Numbered from the stretch's first letter, positions 45,716 to 54,678 are shown. The stretch: DNA of 64,000 bases from an uncultured virus (IMG/VR IMGVR_UViG_3300035188_001031) (IMGVR_UViG_3300035188_001031), one strand, 5' to 3'. The notes: generated from the sequence alone by a model not told the origin. Program-made: numbers and translations.

Positions 45716-45823
45716 CATTATGTGACGGGTTGTAAACTGATCCGCCAATCCCCTACTAACCGCAACGGTACGCGCTACTATTAGTTCATCGGAGGGGAGG
45801 CCCTCCACCACCCAACACCAGAC

Positions 45824-46072
45824 ATGACCAGCAACGCCGCCCAAACCATTGCCGCCGCCGCCACTGGTGCCACCCGCCGCCCTGAGATCACCGAAGCCCT
45901 CAACTACTGCCTGACCCAGACCGGTTGCAGCAAAGATCAGGCCATCTCCATGGTCGTGCTGACCCTGACCGAAGCGGGCATTCCCCTGCGCAACGCACTG
46001 GATGCCGTTGTTGGCCCCGGCACTTATCAGTTGATCTCCGACACCTGCTGGGAGCTGTGCCACGCCGCCTGA
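45824..46072 (+). CDS. Cassette 3 gene, hypothetical
   Basis: ATG at the fixed position after repeat 3. Confidence 0.8.
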   Translation: MTSNAAQTIAAAATGATRRPEITEALNYCLTQTGCSKDQAISMVVLTLTEAGIPLRNALDAVVGPGTYQLISDTCWELCHAA

Positions 46073-46094
46073 TCCCCACGGCTGTTCCCGACCC

Positions 46095-46119
46095 GCCCCG
46101 ACCACCACCGGGGCTTTTT
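46095..46119 (+). terminator. Rho-independent terminator
   Basis: GCCCCG-N8-CGGGGC-TTTTT. Confidence 0.8.
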
Positions 46120-46244
46120 CATGCCCTACGCTCGCCAGGTCCGGTCGGCCCATCATCCGCAAGGGGGGCGCGGTGGTTGCTTTCGTTGGGGGCAGCCTGA
46201 AACCGTACCGAAGGCCGGGCACCCCTATCAGCTGTTACTCCTGA

Positions 46245-46421
46245 CTACTCTGACTCGTCAAACACAAACCACTCATACAAACGGCCCATTATTGCGTTGG
46301 TGATCATCTCAGCAATAGCATCTTCTCCGGGGTCGTCTGTGTGCTTATGCGCTCTCCTATAACCCAGTAAGGTCCCTTCTTCCACACACTGCTCAATAAG
46401 AACCCTCAGTCTAGGCTTCAT
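46245..46421 (-). CDS. Hypothetical 58-aa cyanophage-type protein (not in ORF track)
   Basis: MKPRLRVLIEQCVEEGTLLGYRRAHKHTDDP...LYEWFVFDESE; ATGA-coupled to the phosphoesterase gene. Confidence 0.65.
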   Translation of the reverse strand: MKPRLRVLIEQCVEEGTLLGYRRAHKHTDDPGEDAIAEMITNAIMGRLYEWFVFDESE

Positions 46422-47287
46422 ATTGCGGGCTCCAAGCTGATCTCTACACCTTCACGAGTGGGCCAAAGTTTGAGCCACACCCCACCTAACGACTTAGGCA
46501 TCACAATACGCTCCACCGCCCAGCCAGCACCGTCTTCAAACTCTTCTTTGTAGCAACCTGTCTGCACATGCCAGCGCTGAGAAACTCTCTGTTTTCCATT
46601 TTCGTTTAGCCGATAGCATGGATGACTAACTATAGACCTCTCGTGGTTATGCCCGTTAACAATGATCGAAGATTCCGGCGCCAGTGAGCTGTATCTCATC
46701 CCCCCGAGCACGCCCTTACTTACAATCCCTCCCCAGGCACCATGATGGAAGAACAACGTACACCGTCGCGCACTATGTTCCCTCGTTTCGCCTGCACGGT
46801 AAAACGTGAACCATATCCACCCCTGATAGCGCATGTGTTCAACAGGGGATTTATACCGCTCCCTCATTAGCCTAACCACATTGCCCAAGGGGTCCACTTC
46901 TTGATTGTTCAGAACGGCGGTCTCGTGGTTGCCGTCAGACATCATCAGGATGGTTGAAGAGAAAGGCGAAAGCCATTCAGCAGTTTCGCTAAAAACCAGA
47001 TCAAAATAATTGCTGCCCAGATGCTCTGGCCTGATACTGCTCTTTGAGCCACGTCGATCTTTTTTGCCTTGCATCAAACACATCACATCCCCAAAGAAAA
47101 GGGCGTGTCCACCCACGCCCTGTGCTTGTTTAAGGTGCTTTTTTAGTAAATCCCTATTACACTTTGGGTTATCAAGGTGAATATCAGATGCGAGTAAGAA
47201 CGTATGGGGTTCGGCTTTGCCATACGGGATTCGCACTTCCAGCAGCTCCGGGGAGCGGCGCTCAAGTCGCAAAAGCGGCTTAACCAT
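46418..47287 (-). CDS. Calcineurin-like metallophosphoesterase
   Basis: SDIH, FGDV, GNHE, HHG and GHNH motifs. Confidence 0.85.
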   Translation of the reverse strand: MVKPLLRLERRSPELLEVRIPYGKAEPHTFLLASDIHLDNPKCNRDLLKKHLKQAQGVGGHALFFGDVMCLMQGKKDRRGSKSSIRPEHLGSNYFDLVFSETAEWLSPFSSTILMMSDGNHETAVLNNQEVDPLGNVVRLMRERYKSPVEHMRYQGWIWFTFYRAGETREHSARRCTLFFHHGAWGGIVSKGVLGGMRYSSLAPESSIIVNGHNHERSIVSHPCYRLNENGKQRVSQRWHVQTGCYKEEFEDGAGWAVERIVMPKSLGGVWLKLWPTREGVEISLEPAI

Positions 47288-47340
47288 AGAGCCTAGTGGT
47301 TTGATACTGCATAAGGGCACCAGGCATTTAGGTAGTAGCC

Positions 47341-47598
47341 TTAGATCACTACAGAATTTGAATTAAAAGCAAAACCATCAGCCCAGATGTTGTCCATCTT
47401 TGCCTTTTGCTTTGGACGACCGCTCTTTGGTTTGTAGCTTAAAGCTGCGCCAGTTAGTCCTAACTCTTTATCCTTGTCCATCATGCGCTTGTAACCTCCG
47501 TCCTTCATCTTCTTACTACCGCAGTAGCTACCACCATCTTCCATTTCGCACTCTCCCTCAGAAGGGGCCATCAAACGCTTTTTCGTGAGAGTTGCCAT
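47341..47598 (-). CDS. Hypothetical basic protein
   Basis: MATLTKK...KMDNIWADGF. Confidence 0.55.
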   Translation of the reverse strand: MATLTKKRLMAPSEGECEMEDGGSYCGSKKMKDGGYKRMMDKDKELGLTGAALSYKPKSGRPKQKAKMDNIWADGFAFNSNSVVI

Positions 47599-47700
47599 GG
47601 GTGGCAAAAAATCGTTGTATGTCCATAGTCTACCGATCTCGGAGGGATTGGATAATGGATCAGACAAAAGCTGTTGGTGTTGTCCCCTCAATGACACCCT

Positions 47701-47916
47701 TTACACATCATCGACTATATCCCGCGCCTTCACCCCGTATAAGTCACACAATTCAAGCAGCTTCAGCACGGATATTTCCACTTCCCCAGTTTCTAGGCGA
47801 CTATATGCCGCTTGACTGATGCTCATGTGTTCTGCTACGTCACTTTGTGTCATTCCAGCGTGTATCCGTAACGCCTTAATCCGCCTACAAATCGTCAACT
47901 GCCTGTAGATGGCCAT
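47701..47916 (-). CDS. XRE-family HTH regulator
   Basis: RIKALRIHAGMTQSDVAEHMSISQAAYSRLETG. Confidence 0.9.
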   Translation of the reverse strand: MAIYRQLTICRRIKALRIHAGMTQSDVAEHMSISQAAYSRLETGEVEISVLKLLELCDLYGVKARDIVDDV

Positions 47917-47977
47917 GGGCTGCTATTCGCTTTCCGATTAAGCCTACTCATTACAACTGAACCGAGTAAGCTGGCCC

Positions 47978-49234
47978 ATGGAAACATCTGTTTCTCGCTA
48001 CGACTTCGCTCCTATAACTAAGAGCGAGACCACTCCTGAGGGCTACCTCCGGGTGTGGGGTCGTACGGCTCGTGTCGGAACCCAGTTGTATCGACGCGCA
48101 GATGGCAGCCAGGTTCGGGAATACCGCCCTCCAGAAGAGGTCAGTAACCCTGAATCACTTAGTACGTTCGGAATGACTCCCGTAACGTATGACCATCCCC
48201 CTTCTCTTCTTGATTCTACAAATACAAAGCTGTACCAGACTGGCTATTCCGGTAGCAAAGTCCATTACAGCAATGGCTTTGTAGAAGTCTGCCTCACAAT
48301 TACAGACGCAGACTCTATCGAGAAGATTAACAGAGGCGATGCCACCGAACTATCTGCTGGATACAAAGTCGATTACGACCCCACCCCCGGTGTAACTCCC
48401 GAGGGCGAGGCCTATGACGGCATCCAACGGAACATTCGGGTTAACCACATCGCTGTCGTCCCCCGAGGACGAGCAGGCCCTGAAGTTCGCCTGCTCCTAG
48501 ACCGCATGGATGCTGCTGATGCAGTCGCCATCGATCCTGATTTCCCCCTCGTTCGTCCAGTCCAGTCCCCTACAAACCCATCTCCTCGTATGGCCACTGT
48601 CAAACTTGACGGCTTGGAGATCGAACTGCCCAGTGATGCAGCGACCGCTGTCCAGTCCTATGTACGGGATCTGGAGCGCCGTGTTGATGCCGCTAAGGCA
48701 ACTGAAACCGAGTTGCGCACCGCACTCGATTCAGCCCAATCCGATCTTAAAGCCTCATCCCAAGAAAAAGCTGACGCCGAACGGCGTGCTGATGCTCTTA
48801 AAGAGCGAGTTGATGAGCTGGAATCCGCAACCGGAGCCCGTCTCGACACAGCGCAGATTGACCAACTGGTTCAGAAGCGCCTGACCACCCTCAAACACCT
48901 TGCTCCGGCCTTTGCCGACGATTTCCACTTCGATGGGATCGACGACGCAGAGCTCTACAGCCAGGCTTTTACCAACCTCACCGGTAACAAACCCCCCGAG
49001 GACGCGAACCCTAGTTACATCCAAGGCGCTGTGGACGGCATCCTCGCCCATCGCGACTCGGAAGATCCCGAGGACACCGAAGAGGACGAATCCCCTGAAG
49101 AGGACCGCGCTGACAGTTCTGTTGTTCTGCAACAGGCTCTCAGAGGTGCTGGTAACTCCTCGCGCAATCCAATTGCGCAATACCATGCCGACCAACAGAA
49201 CGCATGGAAAAAACCGCTCACTGCCACTAAGTAA
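47978..49234 (+). CDS. DUF2213 prohead protease/scaffold protein
   Basis: TPEGYL, PVTYDHP, ELSAGY, QRNIRVNHIAVVPRGRAG, then a coiled-coil scaffold region. Confidence 0.88.
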   Translation: METSVSRYDFAPITKSETTPEGYLRVWGRTARVGTQLYRRADGSQVREYRPPEEVSNPESLSTFGMTPVTYDHPPSLLDSTNTKLYQTGYSGSKVHYSNGFVEVCLTITDADSIEKINRGDATELSAGYKVDYDPTPGVTPEGEAYDGIQRNIRVNHIAVVPRGRAGPEVRLLLDRMDAADAVAIDPDFPLVRPVQSPTNPSPRMATVKLDGLEIELPSDAATAVQSYVRDLERRVDAAKATETELRTALDSAQSDLKASSQEKADAERRADALKERVDELESATGARLDTAQIDQLVQKRLTTLKHLAPAFADDFHFDGIDDAELYSQAFTNLTGNKPPEDANPSYIQGAVDGILAHRDSEDPEDTEEDESPEEDRADSSVVLQQALRGAGNSSRNPIAQYHADQQNAWKKPLTATK

Positions 49235-49858
49235 ATGGCTGTTACCTTCACCGCTACCACTGTAGCCAATCCCATCGGAGCTCAGGGAAATTACCCCCTG
49301 ACTCAGGATGCAGCTCACGAGGGCATGATTGCTGATCAGCAAGCCTATGTCTCCCGTAGCTACATCAACCAGTCCGGCGCGGCACTGCCTTTTGGGGCAC
49401 TGCTGAGGATCGACAACACCCCGACGACCAATGTCGCATTGGCAGTCGAGATCGCTGCAGGAGCTACCAACATCGTTGGTCTTGCCGTGAGCTCCATGAC
49501 CATGGAGGGTGTTGGGGGCTCCCAGTCCTACATCCCCAATCCCACTCCTATCTTCTCGGACGGCCGCCTCGGCTATCCCGACAAGGAGACGGTGAATGTC
49601 CTTTCCAAGGGCGTCGTCTGGGTCTACGTCACTGAGGCCGTGGCTCTCGGTGATGACGTGCGCTTCTGGAATGCCGCTAACACCACCGGTGGTAGTGCTG
49701 TTGCAGGTTCGTTCCTTGGACGTTTCGCCAAAACGGCCGTGGCCAATAAGACCACGCGCATCACGGGTGCCCGCTGGCTCTCTGAGACCTCGGCAGCCGG
49801 TCTGGTTCTTCTGGAACTGGACATCCCCGCTTCCACTTTCACCGCTGACGTGCCATGA
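49235..49858 (+). CDS. Head decoration/cement protein
   Basis: Between protease and capsid genes; LPFG...VNVLSKGVVWV. Confidence 0.75.
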   Translation: MAVTFTATTVANPIGAQGNYPLTQDAAHEGMIADQQAYVSRSYINQSGAALPFGALLRIDNTPTTNVALAVEIAAGATNIVGLAVSSMTMEGVGGSQSYIPNPTPIFSDGRLGYPDKETVNVLSKGVVWVYVTEAVALGDDVRFWNAANTTGGSAVAGSFLGRFAKTAVANKTTRITGARWLSETSAAGLVLLELDIPASTFTADVP

Positions 49859-50769
49859 CCAGAGACATCCGTAACGATGCTGATGTCGGTATCTTTCTTG
49901 CTCGCGAGCTGGAGCAGATCCTTACTCGCACTTTCGAGCAACAGTATGCTGACATCAAGTATTCCACTGTTGTACCTATTTCTACTGAAGTAGGTCCCGG
50001 TGCCAACTCCTACACCTATCGGGTGTTCGACAAGATCGGCAGTATGAAGATGATCGCTGACAAAGCGCAGGATCTTCCCCGCTCCGATGTGCTCCGCAAG
50101 GAAGTCACCCACCCGGTGCGTTCCTTCGGCGCCTCGTTCGCCTACACCGTTCAGGAAACCCGGGCCGCCTCCATGGTCCCCGGCATGAACCTGGAGCAGC
50201 GTCGGGCCAATGCCGTCAGGCGGGCCTATGAGGAGACCATGCAGTCCCTCGCCTTTTTCGGAGATACCGGAAGTGGTATGAAGGGCTTCTTGAACAACGA
50301 TCAGATCGATAAGCTTGTTCCTAACAAGTGGTTCGATACTGCATCTACGGACGAGATGCTGCAACTGCTGAACGAAGGTCCCACTCGCCTGGTTCAGAAC
50401 AGCAACATGAAGGAAAGCCCCAACACCATGTTGGTGCCCTACGACGTGTACCGCATCATCTCCACCACCCCGAGATCGACCACCAGCGACACTACGGTTC
50501 TGGAGTTCTTCCTCCGCACCAATCCGATCATCCGTGCCATTGAACCCATCAATGAGCTCGAAGCATCGAAATCCGGTGGTCGCCTGTCCAAGGACCGCAT
50601 CGTCATCTACGACCGGAGCCCAGACAAGCTCCAGTTCCATATCACTCAACCCCTGGAGTTCTTCCCTCCGGAGCGCCGTGGTCTGGAATTCTCCGTTGCT
50701 GCACACGCTCGCTGCGGCGGCCTCGCTTGGTACTACCCCAAGAGCGGCCTTGTCATGGAGAAAGCGTAG
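49855..50769 (+). CDS. Major capsid protein (DUF2184 type)
   Basis: FLARELEQI, AFFGD..GMKGFLN, ARCGGL..YYP. Confidence 0.9.
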   Translation: MTRDIRNDADVGIFLARELEQILTRTFEQQYADIKYSTVVPISTEVGPGANSYTYRVFDKIGSMKMIADKAQDLPRSDVLRKEVTHPVRSFGASFAYTVQETRAASMVPGMNLEQRRANAVRRAYEETMQSLAFFGDTGSGMKGFLNNDQIDKLVPNKWFDTASTDEMLQLLNEGPTRLVQNSNMKESPNTMLVPYDVYRIISTTPRSTTSDTTVLEFFLRTNPIIRAIEPINELEASKSGGRLSKDRIVIYDRSPDKLQFHITQPLEFFPPERRGLEFSVAAHARCGGLAWYYPKSGLVMEKA

Positions 50770-50816
50770 CCTTTTCTGACCTATTCTGAACAGGTTGCTA
50801 ACCCAACCCATCCATC

Positions 50817-51233
50817 ATGATCCTCGTTTACCGTCCCGAGCTGCTCAATCCTCCAATGGACAAGGAGGCCTTTTGGGGCTTCTCTTTCCTGCAGAAGGAG
50901 GGTCTTCCTGATTACTTCTGCCTCTCGGCGGGTGTTAATCGTGATGTTCCAGAGACAGTTTGGGCTGCAATCCAAGACTACGCAGAGGTTAAAACCGCTC
51001 TTCAAATCGGTGCTTTACGCATTGAAACCACAGAGTCCACTGTCGTAGAAGAACAAGTCGAACCTGAAGCTAGCGATTCTCTCGCTGCTTTCCCTCTTGA
51101 AACCGCTCTGCGGTTGATTGAAGACAGCTTCGATCTTGAACAGCTCTCTAAATGGGACGCTAAGGATCAGCGGATCAAGGTCAAAAACGCGATCGCAAGA
51201 CGCAAGACAGCTATTACCTCTGGTAACGGCTAG
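50817..51233 (+). CDS. Hypothetical head-associated protein
   Basis: Position after the capsid gene. Confidence 0.65.
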   Translation: MILVYRPELLNPPMDKEAFWGFSFLQKEGLPDYFCLSAGVNRDVPETVWAAIQDYAEVKTALQIGALRIETTESTVVEEQVEPEASDSLAAFPLETALRLIEDSFDLEQLSKWDAKDQRIKVKNAIARRKTAITSGNG

Positions 51234-51541
51234 TGGCAATTCCTTCTACTGAATCCTTCCTAACCCGTTTCCCCGAGTTCGGAGAGCAGTCGGAGGACAT
51301 TGTCGAAGGGGCTATCGCAGAAGCGGGTCGTGCTGCTTCTCCTGTCGTGTGGGGCTCCCTCCACACAGACGGTGTCACCTATCTTGCCGCCCATCTCTTG
51401 GCCACCCGCATCGCTCAGATCGGTCTGCAGATTGAGGCTCGCTCTGGTGCCCCCACGGGCAACCTGATCGAATCGACTCTCTATGGCCAAGAGTACAAAC
51501 GACTTCTTGACTCACTCGCTATTTGTGGTTTCAGTCTCTAG
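51233..51541 (+). CDS. Head-tail adaptor (DUF4054-like)
   Basis: FLTRFPEF...LAAHLL...STLYGQEY. Confidence 0.85.
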   Translation: MAIPSTESFLTRFPEFGEQSEDIVEGAIAEAGRAASPVVWGSLHTDGVTYLAAHLLATRIAQIGLQIEARSGAPTGNLIESTLYGQEYKRLLDSLAICGFSL

Positions 51542-51543
51542 TC

Positions 51544-51945
51544 ATGCCTATCGCTACTGCGATTATTGCTGATTACGCCCCTTGGGGTAATGCTGAACTG
51601 GCGTTTGAGGTGCCCGCAGACAGGCTGGGCTCTGTAGATCCTACTACAGGAAACTTCACTCAAGATCTCGTAACTGTCGAATATCTCGCTGCTATCAAGC
51701 TCCAGGTCCCATCTTGGAAAGCGGATAGCGGTGTAGATACCACAGTTTATTCGTGCTCGGGGCGCTTATTGCACCCCACCAAGCTAGATCCACGCATTAC
51801 CAATGGCTCCCAAGCCTTTGCAACGATCAATGGCTACCGAGGACGTTTTGAACTGGTTTTTGATCTCGCGATGGATGCCTACCATCGCGCAACACTTCGA
51901 CAGTCCATCGGCGGCATCTTCCGAGTTGTAGGAGGCCCAGCGTAA
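51544..51945 (+). CDS. Putative head closure protein
   Basis: Position and size. Confidence 0.55.
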   Translation: MPIATAIIADYAPWGNAELAFEVPADRLGSVDPTTGNFTQDLVTVEYLAAIKLQVPSWKADSGVDTTVYSCSGRLLHPTKLDPRITNGSQAFATINGYRGRFELVFDLAMDAYHRATLRQSIGGIFRVVGGPA

Positions 51946-52319
51946 TGCCACGGCCACAACGAGATTTTGAACGAGCTCTTCAAGCTGCTAAGGCCAAAGC
52001 AATGCGGCAATTAGCGGTATATCTCGAAGCTAGTTTCACTGATGAAATTTCAGCAGTGAAGTGGGGCTGGCCTAATCCTCCAACTCAGCGGGACATCGTG
52101 GACACAGGTCGTCTCCGGGCCAGCTTGACCCGTGAGATCAACGCAGATGACTCCGTCACTTTTACCTGGGCTACCGAGTACGCCTCCCATGTCCATGAGG
52201 GGTATGTCGCCACCAATGGTCAACGCTACCCAGCTAGGCCCTGGACACGAGAGCCACTCAAGGAGGTCCCAACAAAGTTCGGTGTGTTCCTCCGTGCTGC
52301 TCTGGAGCGCTCGTCATGA
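51945..52319 (+). CDS. HK97 gp10-like neck protein
   Basis: VDTGRLRASL...EYASHVHEG...PARPW. Confidence 0.8.
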   Translation: MPRPQRDFERALQAAKAKAMRQLAVYLEASFTDEISAVKWGWPNPPTQRDIVDTGRLRASLTREINADDSVTFTWATEYASHVHEGYVATNGQRYPARPWTREPLKEVPTKFGVFLRAALERSS

Positions 52320-52789
52320 CGATCTCCACCGCCTGCCCCAGCCCCCGCGACCTGCGCCGCACTCTTGAGCGCTACATCCTCGACATCTACGAGGCTGACG
52401 GCTCCACCCTCAAGAGCGAGTTGCACTGGCCAGGTGTCTACACCCTGCCCAATGGCTCTCGAACTCCTGCGGTCTATGTCATCGGCTCTTCCACAGTGCC
52501 TTCCAGCTGGAACATCACCGGCATCGAATGCACCATCGAGGAAGTCCCCGAGGTCCGATCTCCAGGTTCGATGAGCGGCGTTTTGTCTTTCGAGACTTGG
52601 GACGTCCGCTTCACGAACTACGGCAAGAAGGAGGGCACCCAAATGCCCCTTTCTATGCGAGACATCGTCCGCCGATTGGTGCGGACTTTCCCCCGGGCTT
52701 CAATTGTGCCAATGCGTCGTACTGAGGCAACTTTTGAAGCTGTCACGGCTCGTATCACCGAGCCATCCATCCATCCCCCCATCCCCTAG
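52316..52789 (+). CDS. Putative tail terminator
   Basis: Position before the major tail protein. Confidence 0.55.
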   Translation: MTISTACPSPRDLRRTLERYILDIYEADGSTLKSELHWPGVYTLPNGSRTPAVYVIGSSTVPSSWNITGIECTIEEVPEVRSPGSMSGVLSFETWDVRFTNYGKKEGTQMPLSMRDIVRRLVRTFPRASIVPMRRTEATFEAVTARITEPSIHPPIP

Positions 52790-52800
52790 GAGAACCTACC

Positions 52801-53415
52801 ATGGCCGATTATGCAATCGGACTTGCTTTCCACAAAGCCCACCGCACGCTAGTTCGTGCTGTAGGTCTTAAAGCCCCTTGTCGCTATTACGCTACACGTA
52901 ATAGTACCACTGGTTTGATCACCCTGCCCACATTGGACGCGGGTGATGCTTATGTCACCATTCAAGGTGTGACACAAACCTCGTTCCAAATCAACGACAC
53001 CAATCAAGACTTCCGTCTGCTTGGTGATGACGGCTGGGGCGATAGCGTGATCACTGGATCTAGCGTGCAAGCCAGTGTTACGACTTACTTCCTACGGGAC
53101 ACTGATGTTCCTACTGGGGGTACAGGTACTTGTCCCCAATTTGTCGGTGATTACGAAGAGGGCTTTGAGCTGTTCCAACGCGCCCGTTACGACAAGAACT
53201 TCGAGGTTTACTTCGAGTTCCTGAAAGAAATGGGTCAGGCTACCGGCACTACAGGGGCTTACATCTACGACTTTACAGGATTCAACGCTGTTGTCTCCAA
53301 TTACCAAGAGCAGATGTCAGCCGAAGGCCTGACCGAGATCTCCTTGGATCTTATGTCCCGGGGTCGTCCTGTGTTCGGCAAGTACAGCAACACCACTGCG
53401 CTCAGCTTCGCCTGA
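52801..53415 (+). CDS. Major tail tube protein
   Basis: Position; tube-like sequence; followed by a terminator and chaperone genes. Confidence 0.75.
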   Translation: MADYAIGLAFHKAHRTLVRAVGLKAPCRYYATRNSTTGLITLPTLDAGDAYVTIQGVTQTSFQINDTNQDFRLLGDDGWGDSVITGSSVQASVTTYFLRDTDVPTGGTGTCPQFVGDYEEGFELFQRARYDKNFEVYFEFLKEMGQATGTTGAYIYDFTGFNAVVSNYQEQMSAEGLTEISLDLMSRGRPVFGKYSNTTALSFA

Positions 53416-53438
53416 TTGCGGCTGCCATCACACTCACA

Positions 53439-53462
53439 GGGCCCCGTTCTCGGGGCCTTTTT
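53439..53462 (+). terminator. Rho-independent terminator
   Basis: GGCCCCG-TTCT-CGGGGCC-TTTTT. Confidence 0.8.
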
Positions 53463-53469
53463 CTTCGGC

Positions 53470-53703
53470 ATGAACTATCCACTCTTGAGTGATCCGGAAA
53501 GCACAGTCTTTGCGGTGAATTGTCGAGTCGAGGGCTCCACGCTCCACTGTGGTGCCCTCTATCTCGAACCCCTCATCCGTCACCAGTCTATACGCTTAGC
53601 GGATGAACGCGCTACATTGTCAGTGAATCTCCCACCAGAACTGCTCAACCAATCGACCCCATGTCGGGCCTGGGACGTTGAGCTCCCTACAAGCCATGAG
53701 TAA
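53470..53703 (+). CDS. Hypothetical protein
   Basis: In-frame ATG within track ORF 53416..53703. Confidence 0.5.
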   Translation: MNYPLLSDPESTVFAVNCRVEGSTLHCGALYLEPLIRHQSIRLADERATLSVNLPPELLNQSTPCRAWDVELPTSHE

Positions 53704-54229
53704 GTACGGCAGCCTCCTATTTCCCGCGCCTACCGAGTTCCACGAGATCGGACCCTTTCGGTTACCAATTCACAAAGAGCTCCGTCCTGGTGAAATTATT
53801 GGGATTGAAAAGATTGATAAACAGCAGAGCAAGGCAACACTTGCTCAAATGAAGTTGGTTCGTCGAATTTCTAAAGATAAGGACATCGCACCGAAGGAAG
53901 CACAGGATCTCCTGTCCAATCTGTCGGAGGATGCAAACGGCGATCTCCTGTACGACTACGTCGAGGAGTTCAGTGAAGTCCAGAGTGCCGGCATCTCTTT
54001 CACACAAACGCAGATCGCTTATGTGACTCTGCTAATGCAGTACAGAGGGCAAACCAAAATGCCCAAATCTCGTGAGTGGATCCAAACCCGGGACTGGACC
54101 CAAGAAGACACCGAAGACTTGCCTTCTGAAATCCGCAAGAGCCTTTATCAGTTCCTTCTTTGGGAGCGCGACGGTTGGCCTGAACCCGAGGGAAAGCCAG
54201 AAGAGGCGGAAGCAGCGCTCGCGAGCTGA
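53696..54229 (+). CDS. Tail assembly chaperone (gpG-like)
   Basis: Between the tube and tape measure genes; slippery GGGAAAG near its 3' end. Confidence 0.75.
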   Translation: MSKYGSLLFPAPTEFHEIGPFRLPIHKELRPGEIIGIEKIDKQQSKATLAQMKLVRRISKDKDIAPKEAQDLLSNLSEDANGDLLYDYVEEFSEVQSAGISFTQTQIAYVTLLMQYRGQTKMPKSREWIQTRDWTQEDTEDLPSEIRKSLYQFLLWERDGWPEPEGKPEEAEAALAS

Positions 54230-54678
54230 GCATCGACGAGATCATCGACCGCTGCGAATCCCATCTCAGGCTCCCCGAGACCGATTGGGATTCGATCTAC
54301 TTCCGCATTCGCTGCTCCCCTCTCGGGCCTGATTTCCCCGCTGACCGGTTCCTGCGGACCCCAGTTCGCGTGATTCGCTGGGTCCTCCGTGAACTGGACA
54401 ACCAGGAATTCGGCCGAGCCAACCTCGATGCGCTCCCGGTAGCTCGCCTGACCACGACCCTAATCGGGATTGCTCACGGCTTCTCCGGATCCAAACGCGC
54501 CGCCCCCAAGTTGGATGTCAAGGATTTCCTGCCGTTCCCGGATTGGAACCCCGAGGGCGCAACCCGCATCGGGCCCAGTGACGAAACTGTGGCCCAGTTG
54601 AAAAAACTATTACTCAAGCGTCAGATTCCTATGCATGTGTTTACTTCTCTGATTACCCCGCTCAGCCAATCCACGTAA
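54190..54678 (+). CDS. Tail assembly chaperone gpGT extension via -1 frameshift at GGGAAAG (54190-54196)
   Basis: The -1 frame is open from the slippery site to the stop at 54678. Confidence 0.8.
   Translation, partial: GKARRGGSSARELSIDEIIDRCESHLRLPETDWDSIYFRIRCSPLGPDFPADRFLRTPVRVIRWVLRELDNQEFGRANLDALPVARLTTTLIGIAHGFSGSKRAAPKLDVKDFLPFPDWNPEGATRIGPSDETVAQLKKLLLKRQIPMHVFTSLITPLSQST

Larger units (their letters stand above)
44581..45823 (+). repeat. Three 102-bp promoter/leader repeats (44581-44682, 45386-45487, 45722-45823) with an identical 41-bp core
   Basis: GTGACGG.TTGT.AAC, then AACCGCAACG, then GCGCTACTATTAGTTCATCGGAGGGGAGGCCCTCCACCACC, then 11 nt and ATG; spacing identical in all three. 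Confidence 0.95.

Noticed and set aside
44581..45823. CRISPR array or integron attC sites
   Set aside because: The repeats are separated by whole genes and look like promoter/leader units; they have no attC-type inverted core structure and the integrase is phage-type.
31645..50439. Diversity-generating retroelement TR/VR pair
   Set aside because: Only 4 of 6 mismatches are at adenines of the putative template, no reverse transcriptase is in the window, and a capsid core is an unlikely target.
49624..50811. 395-aa reverse-strand ORF and similar long antisense ORFs (e.g. 15322-16062, 13217-13999, 9383-10060)
   Set aside because: They are shadows of well-supported genes on the opposite strand and have no recognisable motifs.
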